From Alphaproteobacteria bacterium (GTDB lineage: Bacteria > Pseudomonadota > Alphaproteobacteria > Rickettsiales > SXRF01), in assembly GCA_039808985.1 (NCBI GenBank), contig JBDHUC010000003.1:18523-82522 (forward strand): a DNA stretch of 64,000 nucleotides, written 5' to 3'. The position numbers and the translations under genes were made by a program. A model generated the notes under the pieces. It was not told where the DNA came from, did not search any database, and worked only from the letters and a program-made list of their open reading frames with translations. This document shows, in pieces, positions 10,160-20,969 of the stretch (positions are counted from its first letter, which is position 1; every line of letters begins with the position of its first letter).

Positions 10160-12229
10160 TCAGGCTACCCTTTTTGTTTGCTGGGCTGCTGCTTCGCGGG
10201 TGCATTCAGCCATGGTTTTACTTGCGCGCGAAATAGGGTCAGTCATATAGAAATTGGTTATGAACTCGTCAAACGGAGCAGCGCTTATAACCACGCGCCC
10301 CTGCGCTATCTCACCTTCCTGTGTTGGCGAAGGCGTTATTTCACCAATATTTGCAAAATGTGGCGCTGTTTTTTCAATGCGCGCACGAAGCTGCTCAATA
10401 TTATTATAAGGAAGCGGCTTCCCAAGCAAATCGGAAAGTGCGCGCAGGATCTTCCAGTCCTCCCTGGCCTTGCCAACCGGAAAGACAGCACGCCTGGTGC
10501 GCTGCACCCGCCCCTCCATATTGACATAGGTAGCATCTTTTTCGGTATAGGTGGCGGCCGGCAGGATAACATCGGCGCGGTGCGCACCATCATCGCCATG
10601 GCTACCCTGATATACGACAAAAGCATTGCCAAGCAGCCCCATATCAAACTCATCGGCGCCAAGCAGGTACACCATTTTTATTTTATAATCGGCGCAACCA
10701 GCAAATATCTCCGCGATATTCCGTCCGCCTTCCCTGGGCACAAACCCAAGATCAAGCGCCCCTACCCGGCCTGCCGCATGGTGGAGAATATTAAACCCGT
10801 TCCAGCCATCTTTTATAACGCCGTATTTTTTTGCAATCTGCTTGGCAGCGGCAAATATCGCCGCGCCATCATTGCGCCCAACCGCCGCAGTACCAAGTAT
10901 GATAACGGGATTTTTAGCCTGTTCCAGCACCTGCGCCAGAGGATGGGTCCCCAGTGCTATGTCGGAGAGAACCCGTGGATCATTGCCAAAAGAATATACC
11001 GGATAGTTAAAATCACTGTCGCTGCCTATAGAATATACTTTAAGGCCGCCGCGAAGATAGGTTTTACGAATCCTGGCATTTAAAAGCGCAGCTTCCTTGC
11101 GCGGATTTGCGCCGATAAGCAGTATCATATCCGCCTTCTCAATCCCGGCTATGGTTGTATTGAACAGGTAATTAGAACGGCTGGATGCATCATACATCGC
11201 ACCGTCCTGCCTGCAATCACGATTGGCAACGCCTATGCTGTCAAGCACATCGCCCAGGGCCATCACGCTTTCCGCACAGGCAAGGTTTCCTGACAGGGCC
11301 GCGATCTCTGATGGCATGAATTCCTGCATTTTTTTTGCAACCAGCGCCAATGCATCATCCCAGCCTGCCTCATGCAGCTTGCCGTCATTGCCGCGAATAT
11401 AAGGACGGTCAAGGCGCTGGACACGAAGCCCATCGCAGGCATGGCGGGTTTTATCGGAAATCCATTCCTCATTTATGTCCTCATGCACACGCGGCAATAT
11501 ACGCAGCACCGCTTCACCCCGGCTGTCAACGCGGATGTTGGAGCCTACTGCGTCCAGCACGTCTATACTCTCGGTCTTGGTAAGTTCCCACGGACGGGCG
11601 GAGAAAGCGTACGGCCTGCTGGTAAGCGCACCGACCGGGCAGAGATCCACAAGATTGCCGGAAAGTTCCGATGTAAGGGATTTTTCGACATAAGTTCCGA
11701 TCTCCATATGCTCGCCGCGGCCAAAAGCACCAAGCTCAGGAACACCAGCAATCTCAGTTGCGAAACGTACACAGCGGGTGCAATGTATGCAGCGGGTCAT
11801 CTCTGTTTTTACTATCGGCCCCATATATTTATTTTCAACGCCGCGCTTATGCTCCTTGTAACGGCTTATACCACTTCCGTAAGCCATAGCCTGGTCCTGC
11901 AGGTCGCACTCGCCCCCCTGATCGCAAATCGGGCAGTCCAGCGGATGGTTTATGAGCAAAAATTCCATAACCCCTTCACGGGCTTTTTTAACCATGGGCG
12001 AATTGGTCTTTACCACCATATTATCGGCGCAGGGAAGCGCGCAGCTTGCCTGAGGCTTTGGCGGCCCAGGCGCAACTTCCACAAGGCACATGCGGCAGTT
12101 GCCAGCGATAGCAAGGCGCTCATGGTAGCAAAAACGGGGTATTTCAATGCCCAGGCGCTCAGCCGCCTGTATTATAACAGTGCCGTTTTCTACTTCTATT
12201 TCCTGTCCGTCTATCGTTAGTTTAGGCAT
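10160..12229 (-). CDS. nuoG: NADH-quinone oxidoreductase subunit G
   Basis: '[13 protein letters not shown]...[21 protein letters not shown]' gives the 2Fe-2S and 4Fe-4S motifs, followed by a molybdopterin-like domain. The probable ATG at 12229 lies 1 nt after the hicA stop. The ORF track extends it to a TTG at 12241. Confidence 0.95.
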   Translation of the reverse strand: MPKLTIDGQEIEVENGTVIIQAAERLGIEIPRFCYHERLAIAGNCRMCLVEVAPGPPKPQASCALPCADNMVVKTNSPMVKKAREGVMEFLLINHPLDCPICDQGGECDLQDQAMAYGSGISRYKEHKRGVENKYMGPIVKTEMTRCIHCTRCVRFATEIAGVPELGAFGRGEHMEIGTYVEKSLTSELSGNLVDLCPVGALTSRPYAFSARPWELTKTESIDVLDAVGSNIRVDSRGEAVLRILPRVHEDINEEWISDKTRHACDGLRVQRLDRPYIRGNDGKLHEAGWDDALALVAKKMQEFMPSEIAALSGNLACAESVMALGDVLDSIGVANRDCRQDGAMYDASSRSNYLFNTTIAGIEKADMILLIGANPRKEAALLNARIRKTYLRGGLKVYSIGSDSDFNYPVYSFGNDPRVLSDIALGTHPLAQVLEQAKNPVIILGTAAVGRNDGAAIFAAAKQIAKKYGVIKDGWNGFNILHHAAGRVGALDLGFVPREGGRNIAEIFAGCADYKIKMVYLLGADEFDMGLLGNAFVVYQGSHGDDGAHRADVILPAATYTEKDATYVNMEGRVQRTRRAVFPVGKAREDWKILRALSDLLGKPLPYNNIEQLRARIEKTAPHFANIGEITPSPTQEGEIAQGRVVISAAPFDEFITNFYMTDPISRASKTMAECTREAAAQQTKRVA

Positions 12230-12230
12230 T

Positions 12231-12428
12231 TTAATTCTCAAATTCCTGCTTAGTTAAACCAGATTGCTTTATGATTGAACCAAAAGTCCCGATTGGTATA
12301 TCTTTTCTTGGATGCGGAACAATTACCTGATTTATTCCATTCCGCAATTTTACGTGACTACCATTTTGTGACTTCACAACAAAACCATTTCTTTCTAACA
12401 CCTGTATAATATGTCGGGAACTAACCAT
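12231..12428 (-). CDS. hicA: HicA-family mRNA interferase toxin
   Basis: 65 aa. 'IIQVLERNGFVVKSQNGSHVKL...HPRKDIPIGTFGSIIKQSGL' matches the HicA/YcfA fold signature, including the GSH motif. Confidence 0.85.
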   Translation of the reverse strand: MVSSRHIIQVLERNGFVVKSQNGSHVKLRNGINQVIVPHPRKDIPIGTFGSIIKQSGLTKQEFEN

Positions 12429-12431
12429 TTA

Positions 12432-12659
12432 CTAGGCCTGAATATCCTGCTCGGCAATCATCGCAAGTTCTACAGGAGTATAATTTATATCGCCAACACC
12501 ATCTTCTTCAAAATACAACTCCAAAGCTTCTTTCATATTCTTTTGAGCTTCGTCCAAAGTTTCGCCAAAAGTTGAAAGCTCAAAATTAAGGCATTTTGTA
12601 ACGAAATATTTGCCTTCTTTGTATATTACGTATTTTACATTGTGCATTTTCTGCCCCAT
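12432..12659 (-). CDS. hicB: HicB-like antitoxin (UPF0150 N-terminal domain only)
   Basis: 75 aa with 'YVIYKEGKYFVTKCLNFELSTFGETLDEAQKNMKEALELYFE', typical of the HicB N-domain. The gene ends 3 nt before the hicA start. Confidence 0.8.
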   Translation of the reverse strand: MGQKMHNVKYVIYKEGKYFVTKCLNFELSTFGETLDEAQKNMKEALELYFEEDGVGDINYTPVELAMIAEQDIQA

Positions 12660-12721
12660 AATTTTATATTACATAATTTTTACTATAACTTGCCGCCATT
12701 GCGAACATAGCGAAGCATTCA

Positions 12722-13999
12722 TCATGCAGCCCTCCGCGAAAATTCGGCTATGCGGCGCTCGATCTCAGGACGGAAATGGCGGACCAGCCCCTGAACCGGC
12801 CAGGCAGCAGCATCACCCAGCGCGCAAATAGTATGGCCTTCAATGCGCCCGGCAACATCCAGCATCTGGTCTATATCGGAAACCTGGGCACGCCCCTCGA
12901 CCATGCGCTCCATCATCCGCCACAGCCAGCCGGTACCTTCCCGGCAGGGTGTGCATTGCCCGCAGGATTCATGGGTATAAAACTTGGAAAGACGGGCTAT
13001 CGCCCTTACCACATCGGTCGATTTATCCATAACAATAACTGCGGCTGTGCCCAGCCCGGACCTTACAGCCTTCAAGCTGTCAAAATCCATAAGCACTGTA
13101 TCGCATATCTCTTTTGGCAGCAGCGGAACAGAAGAACCGCCTGGAATTATGGCAAGAAGATTATCCCAGCCACCGCGCACGCCGCCAGCATGTTTTTCGA
13201 TAAGGTCTTTTAGAGGGATTCCCATTTCCTCTTCCACGTTGCATGGCTTGTTCACATGCCCGGAAATGCAGAATACCTTAGTTCCGACATTATTGGGGCG
13301 GCCAATACCAGCAAACCAGGCCGGGCTGCGCCTGAGTATCGTTGGCACTACCGCTATAGATTCAACATTATTAACCGTGGTAGGGCAACCCCACAGCCCC
13401 ATTGCCGCCGGGAAAGGCGGTTTCAGGCGCGGCTGGCCTTTTTTTCCTTCGAGCGATTCGATAAGCGCCATTTCCTCGCCGCAAATATACGCGCCCGCGC
13501 CACGATGCACGAACACGTCAATATCAACCCCGCTGCCACAGGCATTCTTACCTATAAGCCCGGCTTCGTAAGCCTCTGCTATCGCGTATTCCAGCCTGTC
13601 GGCCTCTTCGCGGAACTCGCCGCGCACATAAATGTAGGCGGCAACAGCGCGCATGGCAAAACAGGCTATCAGGCAACCTTCGATGAGCTTGTGCGGCTCG
13701 TGACGCATCATGTCGCGATCCTTACAGGTCCCCGGTTCGCCCTCATCGGCATTTACCACCAGATAGGACGGGCGGCCATCAGATTTTTTGGGCATGAACG
13801 ACCATTTAACCCCGGTGGAAAAACCAGCGCCACCGCGCCCACGCAGGCCAGAAGCCTTTACTTCCTCAATTATCGCATCCTCGCCTTTGGCAAGTATAGA
13901 CCTGGTATTGTCCCAATCGCCGCGCGCACGCGCTCCCGCAAGTTTCCAGTCATCGAAACCATAGAGGTTGGTAAAAATTCTGTCTTCCTGTTTAAGCAT
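12722..13999 (-). CDS. nuoF: NADH-quinone oxidoreductase subunit F
   Basis: 425 aa with '[18 protein letters not shown]', an FMN/NADH site, and '[12 protein letters not shown]' for the 4Fe-4S cluster. Confidence 0.97.
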   Translation of the reverse strand: MLKQEDRIFTNLYGFDDWKLAGARARGDWDNTRSILAKGEDAIIEEVKASGLRGRGGAGFSTGVKWSFMPKKSDGRPSYLVVNADEGEPGTCKDRDMMRHEPHKLIEGCLIACFAMRAVAAYIYVRGEFREEADRLEYAIAEAYEAGLIGKNACGSGVDIDVFVHRGAGAYICGEEMALIESLEGKKGQPRLKPPFPAAMGLWGCPTTVNNVESIAVVPTILRRSPAWFAGIGRPNNVGTKVFCISGHVNKPCNVEEEMGIPLKDLIEKHAGGVRGGWDNLLAIIPGGSSVPLLPKEICDTVLMDFDSLKAVRSGLGTAAVIVMDKSTDVVRAIARLSKFYTHESCGQCTPCREGTGWLWRMMERMVEGRAQVSDIDQMLDVAGRIEGHTICALGDAAAWPVQGLVRHFRPEIERRIAEFSRRAA

Positions 14000-14610
14000 T
14001 ATGACCCCGCAGAATTATTTTTTGGTTCGCTGGATCTGCGCCCATTCTGTGGACCGGGCTTTGGTGTTTCACCCTTAGCCAGAGAATCTATAAGTTGGAC
14101 AACTGACTCTGTGGATAAATCCTCGTAATAGCTAGCATCACCGCCAAAACTTGTTGCCTGGCACATAGGCGCATTTACACATGCGCCAAGACATTCAACC
14201 TCGCGCAAGGTGAATTGTCCATCAGGAGTAGTTTCCCCTATCCCAATTCCCAGCCGCTTCTCGCAAGCCTCGACTATTTCCGAAGAGCCGCGTAACCAGC
14301 ATGGGGTTGTGGTACAAATCTCAACAAGATGCCTGCCCACCGGCTCAAGATTATACATTGTATAAAAACTTGCCACCTCATAGACCCTGACCGGAGGCAT
14401 GCCCAGCATTGCAGCAACGTAATCCATAGCCACCTTGGGAAGCCAGTTGTTATTCTGCTTCTGCGCCAGCGCCAGCAATGGCATTACAGCACTTTGCTGC
14501 CGCCCTTGCGGATATTTATTTGCTATGGCCTGCGCCTTTTCAAAATTATCCTGCGTGAACTCAAAGCTTTGAGGCTCTATATCCGGTCTGTAATGGTATT
14601 TATTGCTCAT
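13999..14610 (-). CDS. nuoE: NADH-quinone oxidoreductase subunit E
   Basis: 203 aa with thioredoxin-like 2Fe-2S motifs '[10 protein letters not shown]' and '[10 protein letters not shown]'. Confidence 0.95.
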   Translation of the reverse strand: MSNKYHYRPDIEPQSFEFTQDNFEKAQAIANKYPQGRQQSAVMPLLALAQKQNNNWLPKVAMDYVAAMLGMPPVRVYEVASFYTMYNLEPVGRHLVEICTTTPCWLRGSSEIVEACEKRLGIGIGETTPDGQFTLREVECLGACVNAPMCQATSFGGDASYYEDLSTESVVQLIDSLAKGETPKPGPQNGRRSSEPKNNSAGS

Positions 14611-14621
14611 GATTTTATAAT

Positions 14622-15224
14622 TTATTCTGAATTGCCAGGAAGATTTACCGGTGGTTGCTGTGATTCAAACTCAGGAAACATTTTCTGATAAACTTTTACC
14701 AGACGTCCACGAGCTGACTTTTTAGGTGGCATTAACAATAACTGCCCGACAAGGAACGGGCCTGAGCTGGCAGCAACAACAAAGCAGGCCAGACTGTCAA
14801 CCGCAACACGATCCTTATAAAAATACAGATTGCCACTCTGGTTTAAAGTATATTGCTGGGTGTTGCTTATCTGCGATAATGCCACCTTCTTTACTTCCGC
14901 TAAAGTTACAGCATGCAGTATGCTCTCATAATGCCCATAGCGGCTATCGGCATTAAATACATAAAACTGCAGGGGGTGATCTGTGTAATTTCTAATCTCA
15001 CGGCCAGATGGCACCTCATATATCATAAGCAGCTTCCACATGCCAATCAGGTTTTCCTTGGTGCAGAATGTAGAAGGCGGAAGCTTGGGAAAAACATCAA
15101 GGCTGCTGGTTGGCTGGCGCTCTATAGTAACCTGCGGATCTGGCATCTGTGCATATGCCGGAAATACGGACAAAGCGGCAAAAACCACAGCCAATATAAT
15201 TTTGTTCATATAATATTTTTTCAT
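14622..15224 (-). CDS. secreted hypothetical protein inserted between nuoD and nuoE
   Basis: The internal start '[26 protein letters not shown]' is a Sec signal peptide. Its ATG overlaps the nuoD TGA as ATGA. I recognised no family motif. Confidence 0.6.
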   Translation of the reverse strand: MKKYYMNKIILAVVFAALSVFPAYAQMPDPQVTIERQPTSSLDVFPKLPPSTFCTKENLIGMWKLLMIYEVPSGREIRNYTDHPLQFYVFNADSRYGHYESILHAVTLAEVKKVALSQISNTQQYTLNQSGNLYFYKDRVAVDSLACFVVAASSGPFLVGQLLLMPPKKSARGRLVKVYQKMFPEFESQQPPVNLPGNSE

Positions 15225-16402
15225 CGATCGATCTCGCCAAATACAATATCCATAGTCCCTATGATTGCCACCACATCGGCAAGCATATGGCCCTTGCACA
15301 TAAATTCAAGCGCCTGAAGATGAGAAAATCCCGGAGCCTTTATCTTGCAACGATACGGCTTATTAGTCCCGTCTGCAACCAAATATACGCCGAACTCACC
15401 CTTGGGCGCTTCCACCGCAACATATGTTTCGCCGTTTGGAACGTGATAGCCTTCGCTGTATAATTTAAAATGGCTAATCAGGGCTTCCATTGACTGCTTC
15501 ATAAGGGCGCGTTTCGGCGGAGAAATTTTTGGATCGCCGGTTACAACCGGACCTTGCGGCATTTTCTCCACGCACTGCTTTATAATCCTAAGCGACTGGC
15601 GCATCTCTTCCATACGGACCAGATAACGGTCATAGCAATCGCCATTCTTGCCGATGGGAATATCAAACTCCATCCTGTCATAAACTTCATAAGGCTGGGA
15701 CTTGCGCAAATCCCACGCAACACCAGACCCACGGAGCATCACCCCGGAAAAACCCCAGTCAAACGCATCTTTGGCCGACACGACACCTATATCAACAAGG
15801 CGTTGCTTAAATATGCGGTTCTCGGTCAGGAGATCGTCCACATCGTCAATATATTGCACGAAATTTTCGCAGAATTTAAGAATATCATCCAGAAGCCCAT
15901 CAGGAATATCCTGATGTACGCCGCCAGGACGGATATAGGCCGAATGGAAACGCGCACCCGACGCCCGTTCATAAAACTCAAGGACCTTTTCACGCTCTTC
16001 GAACAACCATAAAAGCGGTGTCATTGCCCCAACATCAAGAGCTTGCGTAGTAATGTTAAGAATATGGTTTAAGACACGGGTAAGCTCACAGAACATAACG
16101 CGGATATATTTGGCGCGCTCAGGAACTTCGCAGCCAAGAAGCTTTTCCACAGCCAGGGAATAGCAATGCTCCTGCGCCATAGGCGACACATAATCGAGCC
16201 GGTCAAAATAAGGAAGCGCCTGCAAATAGGTTTTATGCTCGATAAGCTTTTCGGTGCCGCGGTGCAGAAGGCCGATATGCGGGTCGGCGCGCTCTATAAC
16301 CTCTCCATCCATTTCCAGGACAAGGCGCAGAACCCCATGCGCGGCTGGATGCTGCGGCCCGAAATTTATGGTTATATTCTTTTTATCTGTTGTTTTGGTC
16401 AT
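15221..16402 (-). CDS. nuoD: NADH-quinone oxidoreductase subunit D
   Basis: 393 aa with '[16 protein letters not shown]' and 'HRGTEKLIE'. Confidence 0.97.
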   Translation of the reverse strand: MTKTTDKKNITINFGPQHPAAHGVLRLVLEMDGEVIERADPHIGLLHRGTEKLIEHKTYLQALPYFDRLDYVSPMAQEHCYSLAVEKLLGCEVPERAKYIRVMFCELTRVLNHILNITTQALDVGAMTPLLWLFEEREKVLEFYERASGARFHSAYIRPGGVHQDIPDGLLDDILKFCENFVQYIDDVDDLLTENRIFKQRLVDIGVVSAKDAFDWGFSGVMLRGSGVAWDLRKSQPYEVYDRMEFDIPIGKNGDCYDRYLVRMEEMRQSLRIIKQCVEKMPQGPVVTGDPKISPPKRALMKQSMEALISHFKLYSEGYHVPNGETYVAVEAPKGEFGVYLVADGTNKPYRCKIKAPGFSHLQALEFMCKGHMLADVVAIIGTMDIVFGEIDR

Positions 16403-16404
16403 AG

Positions 16405-16500
16405 AGGTTCTAGGTACTTGGTTCTAGGTGCTAGTATACAAATCGCATATTTCCTATTTTATTCATAACTGTCAATGTTTTTAGTAAACTAGAACCTAGT
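16405..16500. repeat. Cluster of GGTTCTAG motif copies (two direct, one inverted) in the GNAT-nuoD spacer
   Basis: aggttctaggt at 16405-16415 and ggttctaggtg at 16420-16430 are direct copies. ctagaacctagt at 16489-16500 is the inverted copy. The core is shared with motifs at 549-564, 20439-20451 and 38213-38226. Confidence 0.5.
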
Positions 16501-16522
16501 AGCAAGCCCATAGCAGCTACTA

Positions 16523-17074
16523 TTACAAAAACTGATGCATCACATATACATCAACCAGCCCTTTATCGGCATGGTCGAAACCTTTGGGCAAAGTGCCGAC
16601 TATCTTAAAGCCCAAAGACTGCCACAGATCCACAGCAACTTTATTAACGCTCACCACAAAATTAAACTGCATAGCCAGATAACCCTGCTTTTTTGCGTAT
16701 TTAAGCGCCATCTTTCCCATCTCCCTTGCTATACCCATCCTGCGGAAATCAGGATGGACGATGAAGGAGGCGTTAGCAACATGATGTGCCCTTCCGGTGC
16801 GGTGAGGCCTGACTGCGGCAACACCTGCAACCTTGCCGTCAATATCAGCAACCATGCAATATGTCCCGGGCGCTGATATCCAGTAAGCAAGCGAGCGCTC
16901 AGGCGTCATCTCGGCAAGAGTATAGGAATAAGTCCTTCCCTCAGTCAGGACTTTGCAGAATATATCATATATCTCCTCAAAATCCTCAAGCCGGGCAGGC
17001 CTTACGTGGAAAGGTCTATGAGTGGCAAGTGATGAGCGACGAGTTTTAGAAGATTTTTTTTTCGGTTTAGCCAT
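16523..17074 (-). CDS. GNAT-family N-acetyltransferase inserted between nuoC and nuoD
   Basis: 183 aa. 'VHPDFRRMGIAREMGKMALKYAKKQGY' is the acetyl-CoA-binding motif A (R/Q-x-x-G-x-A/G). Confidence 0.8.
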   Translation of the reverse strand: MAKPKKKSSKTRRSSLATHRPFHVRPARLEDFEEIYDIFCKVLTEGRTYSYTLAEMTPERSLAYWISAPGTYCMVADIDGKVAGVAAVRPHRTGRAHHVANASFIVHPDFRRMGIAREMGKMALKYAKKQGYLAMQFNFVVSVNKVAVDLWQSLGFKIVGTLPKGFDHADKGLVDVYVMHQFL

Positions 17075-17139
17075 GCATGTATCTTTTATCTATGCTTCCA
17101 CTCATCAACTCTATACTCAATACCCAACACCCTAAACCC

Positions 17140-17712
17140 CTATTTCCCGGCCTTTTCATCCCCTGGAAGAACATGCTCCATGCCTTCCCACGGGCTTAAA
17201 TAATCAAAACTGCGATATGCCTGATTGAGCTTAACCGGCTCGTACACCACCCTCTTCTGCTCGCTGTCATAGCGCAGCTCTACATAACCGGTGAGAGGAA
17301 AATCCTTGCGCTGCGGATGACCTTCAAAACCATAATCGGTCAGGATGCGCCGCAGGTCGGGATTATCGGAAAATAATATGCCATACATATCCCACGCCTC
17401 ACGCTCGAACCAGCCAGCCGACGAATAAAGCGCAACCACAGAAGGCACCGGGGTTTTTTCGTCAGTTGCAACGCGCACACGCAGGCGAATATTTTTCTTA
17501 AGATTAAGCAGCATATACACAACTTCAAAACGTTGCGGCCTTTCTGGATAATCAACACCGGCAATCTCAACCAACTGGACAAAACCGCATTCATCACGCA
17601 GGGTATCCATTAAGGAAATAAGGTTAGCAATTCCTACTGTAACCACCTCCTGTCCGGATATGGTTTCTTCGCTCGCAGAAAATTTTTCTAAAAAGCCTGG
17701 TTCAAACATCAT
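17140..17712 (-). CDS. nuoC: NADH-quinone oxidoreductase subunit C
   Basis: 190 aa with '[45 protein letters not shown]'. Confidence 0.96.
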   Translation of the reverse strand: MMFEPGFLEKFSASEETISGQEVVTVGIANLISLMDTLRDECGFVQLVEIAGVDYPERPQRFEVVYMLLNLKKNIRLRVRVATDEKTPVPSVVALYSSAGWFEREAWDMYGILFSDNPDLRRILTDYGFEGHPQRKDFPLTGYVELRYDSEQKRVVYEPVKLNQAYRSFDYLSPWEGMEHVLPGDEKAGK

Positions 17713-18386
17713 AAGCTGCTTCCTAATAATTTATCGCCAAAAACACGGCGATGGATTTTTTTATTTTCGCCAAGAGTAATGACATTTACATTACCCGGCT
17801 GGCCTTTTATCCTTGCTGAGATAAATTCATACAAAGTGCAATTAGTAATATATTCCTGCGTTTTATCCACAAAAATTTCACCCAGCACATTCTCGACAAC
17901 CCGGCGGATATTACCGCCATGGCTTATAAACAAAGGCACACCGGAAGCGCCTCCCAGATTCCTTATAACCGCCTGCAAGGTGCGCATTGCCACATCCTGC
18001 TTGCTTTCCTCCCCCTCAATGGCAACGCCATTTTTTTTAAGCTCATTACGGTCTTTATCGCTCATGCCTTCTGCTGTGCCGTAAGCCCGTTCGTTAAGCC
18101 CACTATCAACGCCAACCGGCAGGCATTCAAGGGTTTTGCAACCGCAGATTATAGCCGCAGTATCTTTGGCACGCTGCATTTCGCTGGTGACTATCCTGTT
18201 TATTACCGGGTCTTTATCCGGATCGAGCCGACACAATATTTCCCGGACTGCCAAGGCCTGTTTTTTACCGGTTTCAGTCAATTTAGTTGAGCTTCCGCTA
18301 CCGCTTACCAGCTTGTTCACATTATCTTCTGTCTGGGCATGGCGCAGCATATAAAAATCCTTTCCCAGCGGCAATTCAATGCTCAC
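17709..18386 (-). CDS. histidine phosphatase (phosphoglycerate mutase-like) family protein inserted between nuoB and nuoC
   Basis: '[11 protein letters not shown]' provides the RHG-type catalytic motif and 'FISHGGNIR' the second His motif. The gene has 4-nt overlaps with both nuoB and nuoC. Confidence 0.75.
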   Translation of the reverse strand: MSIELPLGKDFYMLRHAQTEDNVNKLVSGSGSSTKLTETGKKQALAVREILCRLDPDKDPVINRIVTSEMQRAKDTAAIICGCKTLECLPVGVDSGLNERAYGTAEGMSDKDRNELKKNGVAIEGEESKQDVAMRTLQAVIRNLGGASGVPLFISHGGNIRRVVENVLGEIFVDKTQEYITNCTLYEFISARIKGQPGNVNVITLGENKKIHRRVFGDKLLGSSL

Positions 18387-18946
18387 CTTATTATACTCCC
18401 GGTGCGCCGGATCTTTTTCTGGAGCTGCAATATACCATACATCAGAGCTTCAGCAGTCGGCGGACAGCCGGGAACATAGACATCAACCGGCACTATGCGG
18501 TCGCAGCCGCGCACTACCGAATAAGAATAATGGTAATAGCCGCCGCCATTGGCGCAACTGCCCATCGAGATAACATAGCGCGGCTCAGCCATCTGGTCAT
18601 ACACCTTACGAAGCGCCGGAGCCATCTTGTTGCACAATGTACCGGCAACTATCATGACGTCCGCCTGCCTTGGGCTTGGGCGGAACACAACCCCAAGATG
18701 ATCCATATCATAACGCGAAGCAGCAGCCTGCATCATCTCCACCGCGCAGCAGGCAAGGCCAAAAGTCATTGGCCACAGGCTTCCGGCCCTCGCCCAGTTG
18801 GCAAGCTTGTCGAAATTGGTGACGACAAACCCCTTATCGTTATACTCCTCCATGACATTGTTAAGCAGGTCATCCTGCGAAACCGGACTTTGAGTGCTGA
18901 TTGCCGAGTTTTGACTTATTCCCATTCTAATGCGCCTTTTTTCCAT
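18383..18946 (-). CDS. nuoB: NADH-quinone oxidoreductase subunit B
   Basis: 187 aa with '[17 protein letters not shown]' and '[10 protein letters not shown]...VPGCPP'. The start may be the internal 'MGISQ'. Confidence 0.96.
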   Translation of the reverse strand: MEKRRIRMGISQNSAISTQSPVSQDDLLNNVMEEYNDKGFVVTNFDKLANWARAGSLWPMTFGLACCAVEMMQAAASRYDMDHLGVVFRPSPRQADVMIVAGTLCNKMAPALRKVYDQMAEPRYVISMGSCANGGGYYHYSYSVVRGCDRIVPVDVYVPGCPPTAEALMYGILQLQKKIRRTGSIIR

Positions 18947-19281
18947 TCATAAATAAACCCAATGGTAAGCACGGCAAGGAATACCATCATCGACCAGAAG
19001 CCAGCCACCCCGACAAGCTTAAGTGAAATCGCCCAGGGGAAAAGAAATGCCACCTCCAAGTCAAAGATAATAAATAATATCGCTACAAGATAAAAGCGCA
19101 CATCGAACTTGCCGCGCGCATCGCCAAACGACTCAAACCCGCACTCATAGGGCGACACTTTCTCCACATCAGGCTTCTGCCTGCCTATTATCATAGGCGC
19201 GAAAATCATTATAAGAGAAAGCCCCACGGCGATGGCTATAAATATCAGAATAGGGAAATACTGTTCAACGACCTGATCCAT
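18916..19281 (-). CDS. nuoA: NADH-quinone oxidoreductase subunit A
   Basis: 121 aa with 'YECGFE' and '[14 protein letters not shown]'. It is the first gene of the operon. Confidence 0.95.
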   Translation of the reverse strand: MDQVVEQYFPILIFIAIAVGLSLIMIFAPMIIGRQKPDVEKVSPYECGFESFGDARGKFDVRFYLVAILFIIFDLEVAFLFPWAISLKLVGVAGFWSMMVFLAVLTIGFIYEWKKGALEWE

Positions 19282-19388
19282 ATTATTCTATCTTTGCTGG
19301 TATAACTGAATTATGTTACTTGGACTGTTTATAAACAGTTTTTTGGCTATTACAATTTGTTTTTGGTAAAGTTTTGGGTTAGGCAGGC

Positions 19389-20441
19389 GTGGATTATAAC
19401 ATTAAAGAGAATATATGCAACAAAGCGCTGGAAACAGGGTTTGACGCAGTTGGCTTCTGTAGCGCCGGACTTCCTGCCATGGCCGGTGAAAATTTAAGCA
19501 AATTCCTAAGCAGGAATTATCATGGCGAGATGGGATGGCTTATGGAAAAAGCCCAGTGGCGCTCATCTCCTGGCAGTTTATGGCCGGAGGCGAAATCGGT
19601 TATAATGCTTGGGCATAATTACGCGCCGGGCTACAACCCCATGGACAGGCTCGCGCAAAAAAACATTGGGAATATTTCCTGCTACGCGCAGAATGAAGAC
19701 TACCACGATATAATAAAGAAAAAACTCAAACAGGTCGCAAGCTGGCTGGCGGTACAATATAAATGCGAGGTAAAGGTTTTTGTAGATACCGCCCCGGTGA
19801 TGGAAAAGCCACTGGCACAGCAGGCAGGGATGGGATGGCAGGGCAAGCATACCTGCCTGGTAAGCCGCGAGTTCGGCTCGTGGCTGTTCCTGGGCGCGAT
19901 ATTTACCACACTGGAGATAGAGCCGGATGAGCCAATAGCCGATAGCTGCGGCAGTTGCAGCAAATGCATAGATATATGCCCAACAAACGCTTTTGATGGG
20001 GAAAGAAAAATTGATGCGCGCAAATGCATTTCCTATCTCACTATTGAAAGCAAAGAGCAGATACCCCTGGAATTCCGCAAAGCCATAGGAAACCGCATAT
20101 ATGGCTGTGACGATTGCCTTGCCGTCTGCCCGTGGAATAAATTTGCCAAGTCCGCGCACGAAAGCGCATATCACCCGCGCGAATCCATAAAGTCACCGTT
20201 GCTGGCGGATTTAGCGGCGCTTGACGATGCAGAATTTCGTAACATGTTCCGCAAATCACCAGTTAAGCGTATCGGGCGCGAGCGCTTCATACGCAATGTG
20301 CTGGTTGCCATAGGCAATAGCGGAGATACATCCCTTTTGCCAGTTGCACAAAAATTAGGAATTGATGAAGCGCCACTGGTTTCGGAAATGGCGAGATGGG
20401 CTGTTGCAGAGTTGATGGACAAAACTCAAAAACAATGTTAG
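19389..20441 (+). CDS. queG: tRNA epoxyqueuosine(34) reductase
   Basis: 350 aa with the 4Fe-4S motifs 'CGSCSKCIDICPTNAF' and 'CDDCLAVCPWNKF' and a C-terminal HEAT-like region. The start codon is GTG. Confidence 0.9.
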   Translation: MDYNIKENICNKALETGFDAVGFCSAGLPAMAGENLSKFLSRNYHGEMGWLMEKAQWRSSPGSLWPEAKSVIMLGHNYAPGYNPMDRLAQKNIGNISCYAQNEDYHDIIKKKLKQVASWLAVQYKCEVKVFVDTAPVMEKPLAQQAGMGWQGKHTCLVSREFGSWLFLGAIFTTLEIEPDEPIADSCGSCSKCIDICPTNAFDGERKIDARKCISYLTIESKEQIPLEFRKAIGNRIYGCDDCLAVCPWNKFAKSAHESAYHPRESIKSPLLADLAALDDAEFRNMFRKSPVKRIGRERFIRNVLVAIGNSGDTSLLPVAQKLGIDEAPLVSEMARWAVAELMDKTQKQC

Positions 20442-20469
20442 GTTCTGCCTAAAAATATAGAGGTGATTT

Positions 20470-20733
20470 ATGCCCAACGTTATTATTTACACCAAAGATT
20501 ACTGCCCATATTGCATCAAGGCAAAATCGCTGCTGCAGCGCAAAGGCGTAAATGACTTCAATGAAATAGACATCACCAATGATGAAAAACTCCAGCAGGA
20601 AATGATAAATAAATCCGGTGGGCGCAAAACAGTTCCGCAGATATTCATTGGCAGCACCCATGTGGGCGGTTGCGATGACCTATACGCACTAGAAAAAGAT
20701 GGCAAACTTTCTAATTTACTAGCGGCACAATAA
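20470..20733 (+). CDS. grxC: glutaredoxin 3
   Basis: 87 aa with the 'CPYCIKAK' active site, 'TVPQIFI' and 'GGCDDL'. Confidence 0.93.
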   Translation: MPNVIIYTKDYCPYCIKAKSLLQRKGVNDFNEIDITNDEKLQQEMINKSGGRKTVPQIFIGSTHVGGCDDLYALEKDGKLSNLLAAQ

Positions 20734-20969
20734 CCACAATTTTAATGAAATCTTTAAACTTTGTTGCTTTAATGCAACAACACTAAGTTTAATGCAGCTT
20801 TTTTTACAAACCACTATATATAGTGGTGGCGTAAAGGTGAATTTTTTGTAAATAATACCTAAAATTTTATATAAATGGCTTACAAAAATTGTTTCATCTA
20901 TGCTTTTTTACGGGAAAAAAGGCAAAAAAAAGAGGCAAAAACAGGGTGTTATATTCTCAGTTCCGTTCT

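Noticed and set aside
9794-12220. Long plus-strand ORFs (429 aa at 9794-11083; 282 aa at 11372-12220) opposite nuoH and nuoG
   Set aside because: They lie entirely antisense to genes with unmistakable NuoH and NuoG motifs. Their products are Arg/Ser/Ile-rich with no recognisable motifs. They are typical shadow ORFs of moderately GC-rich coding DNA.
20734-20800. Rho-independent terminator after grxC (ttgttgc-tttaat-gcaacaa)
   Set aside because: The stem is short and AT-rich and is not followed directly by a U-tract, so I could not support it as a terminator.
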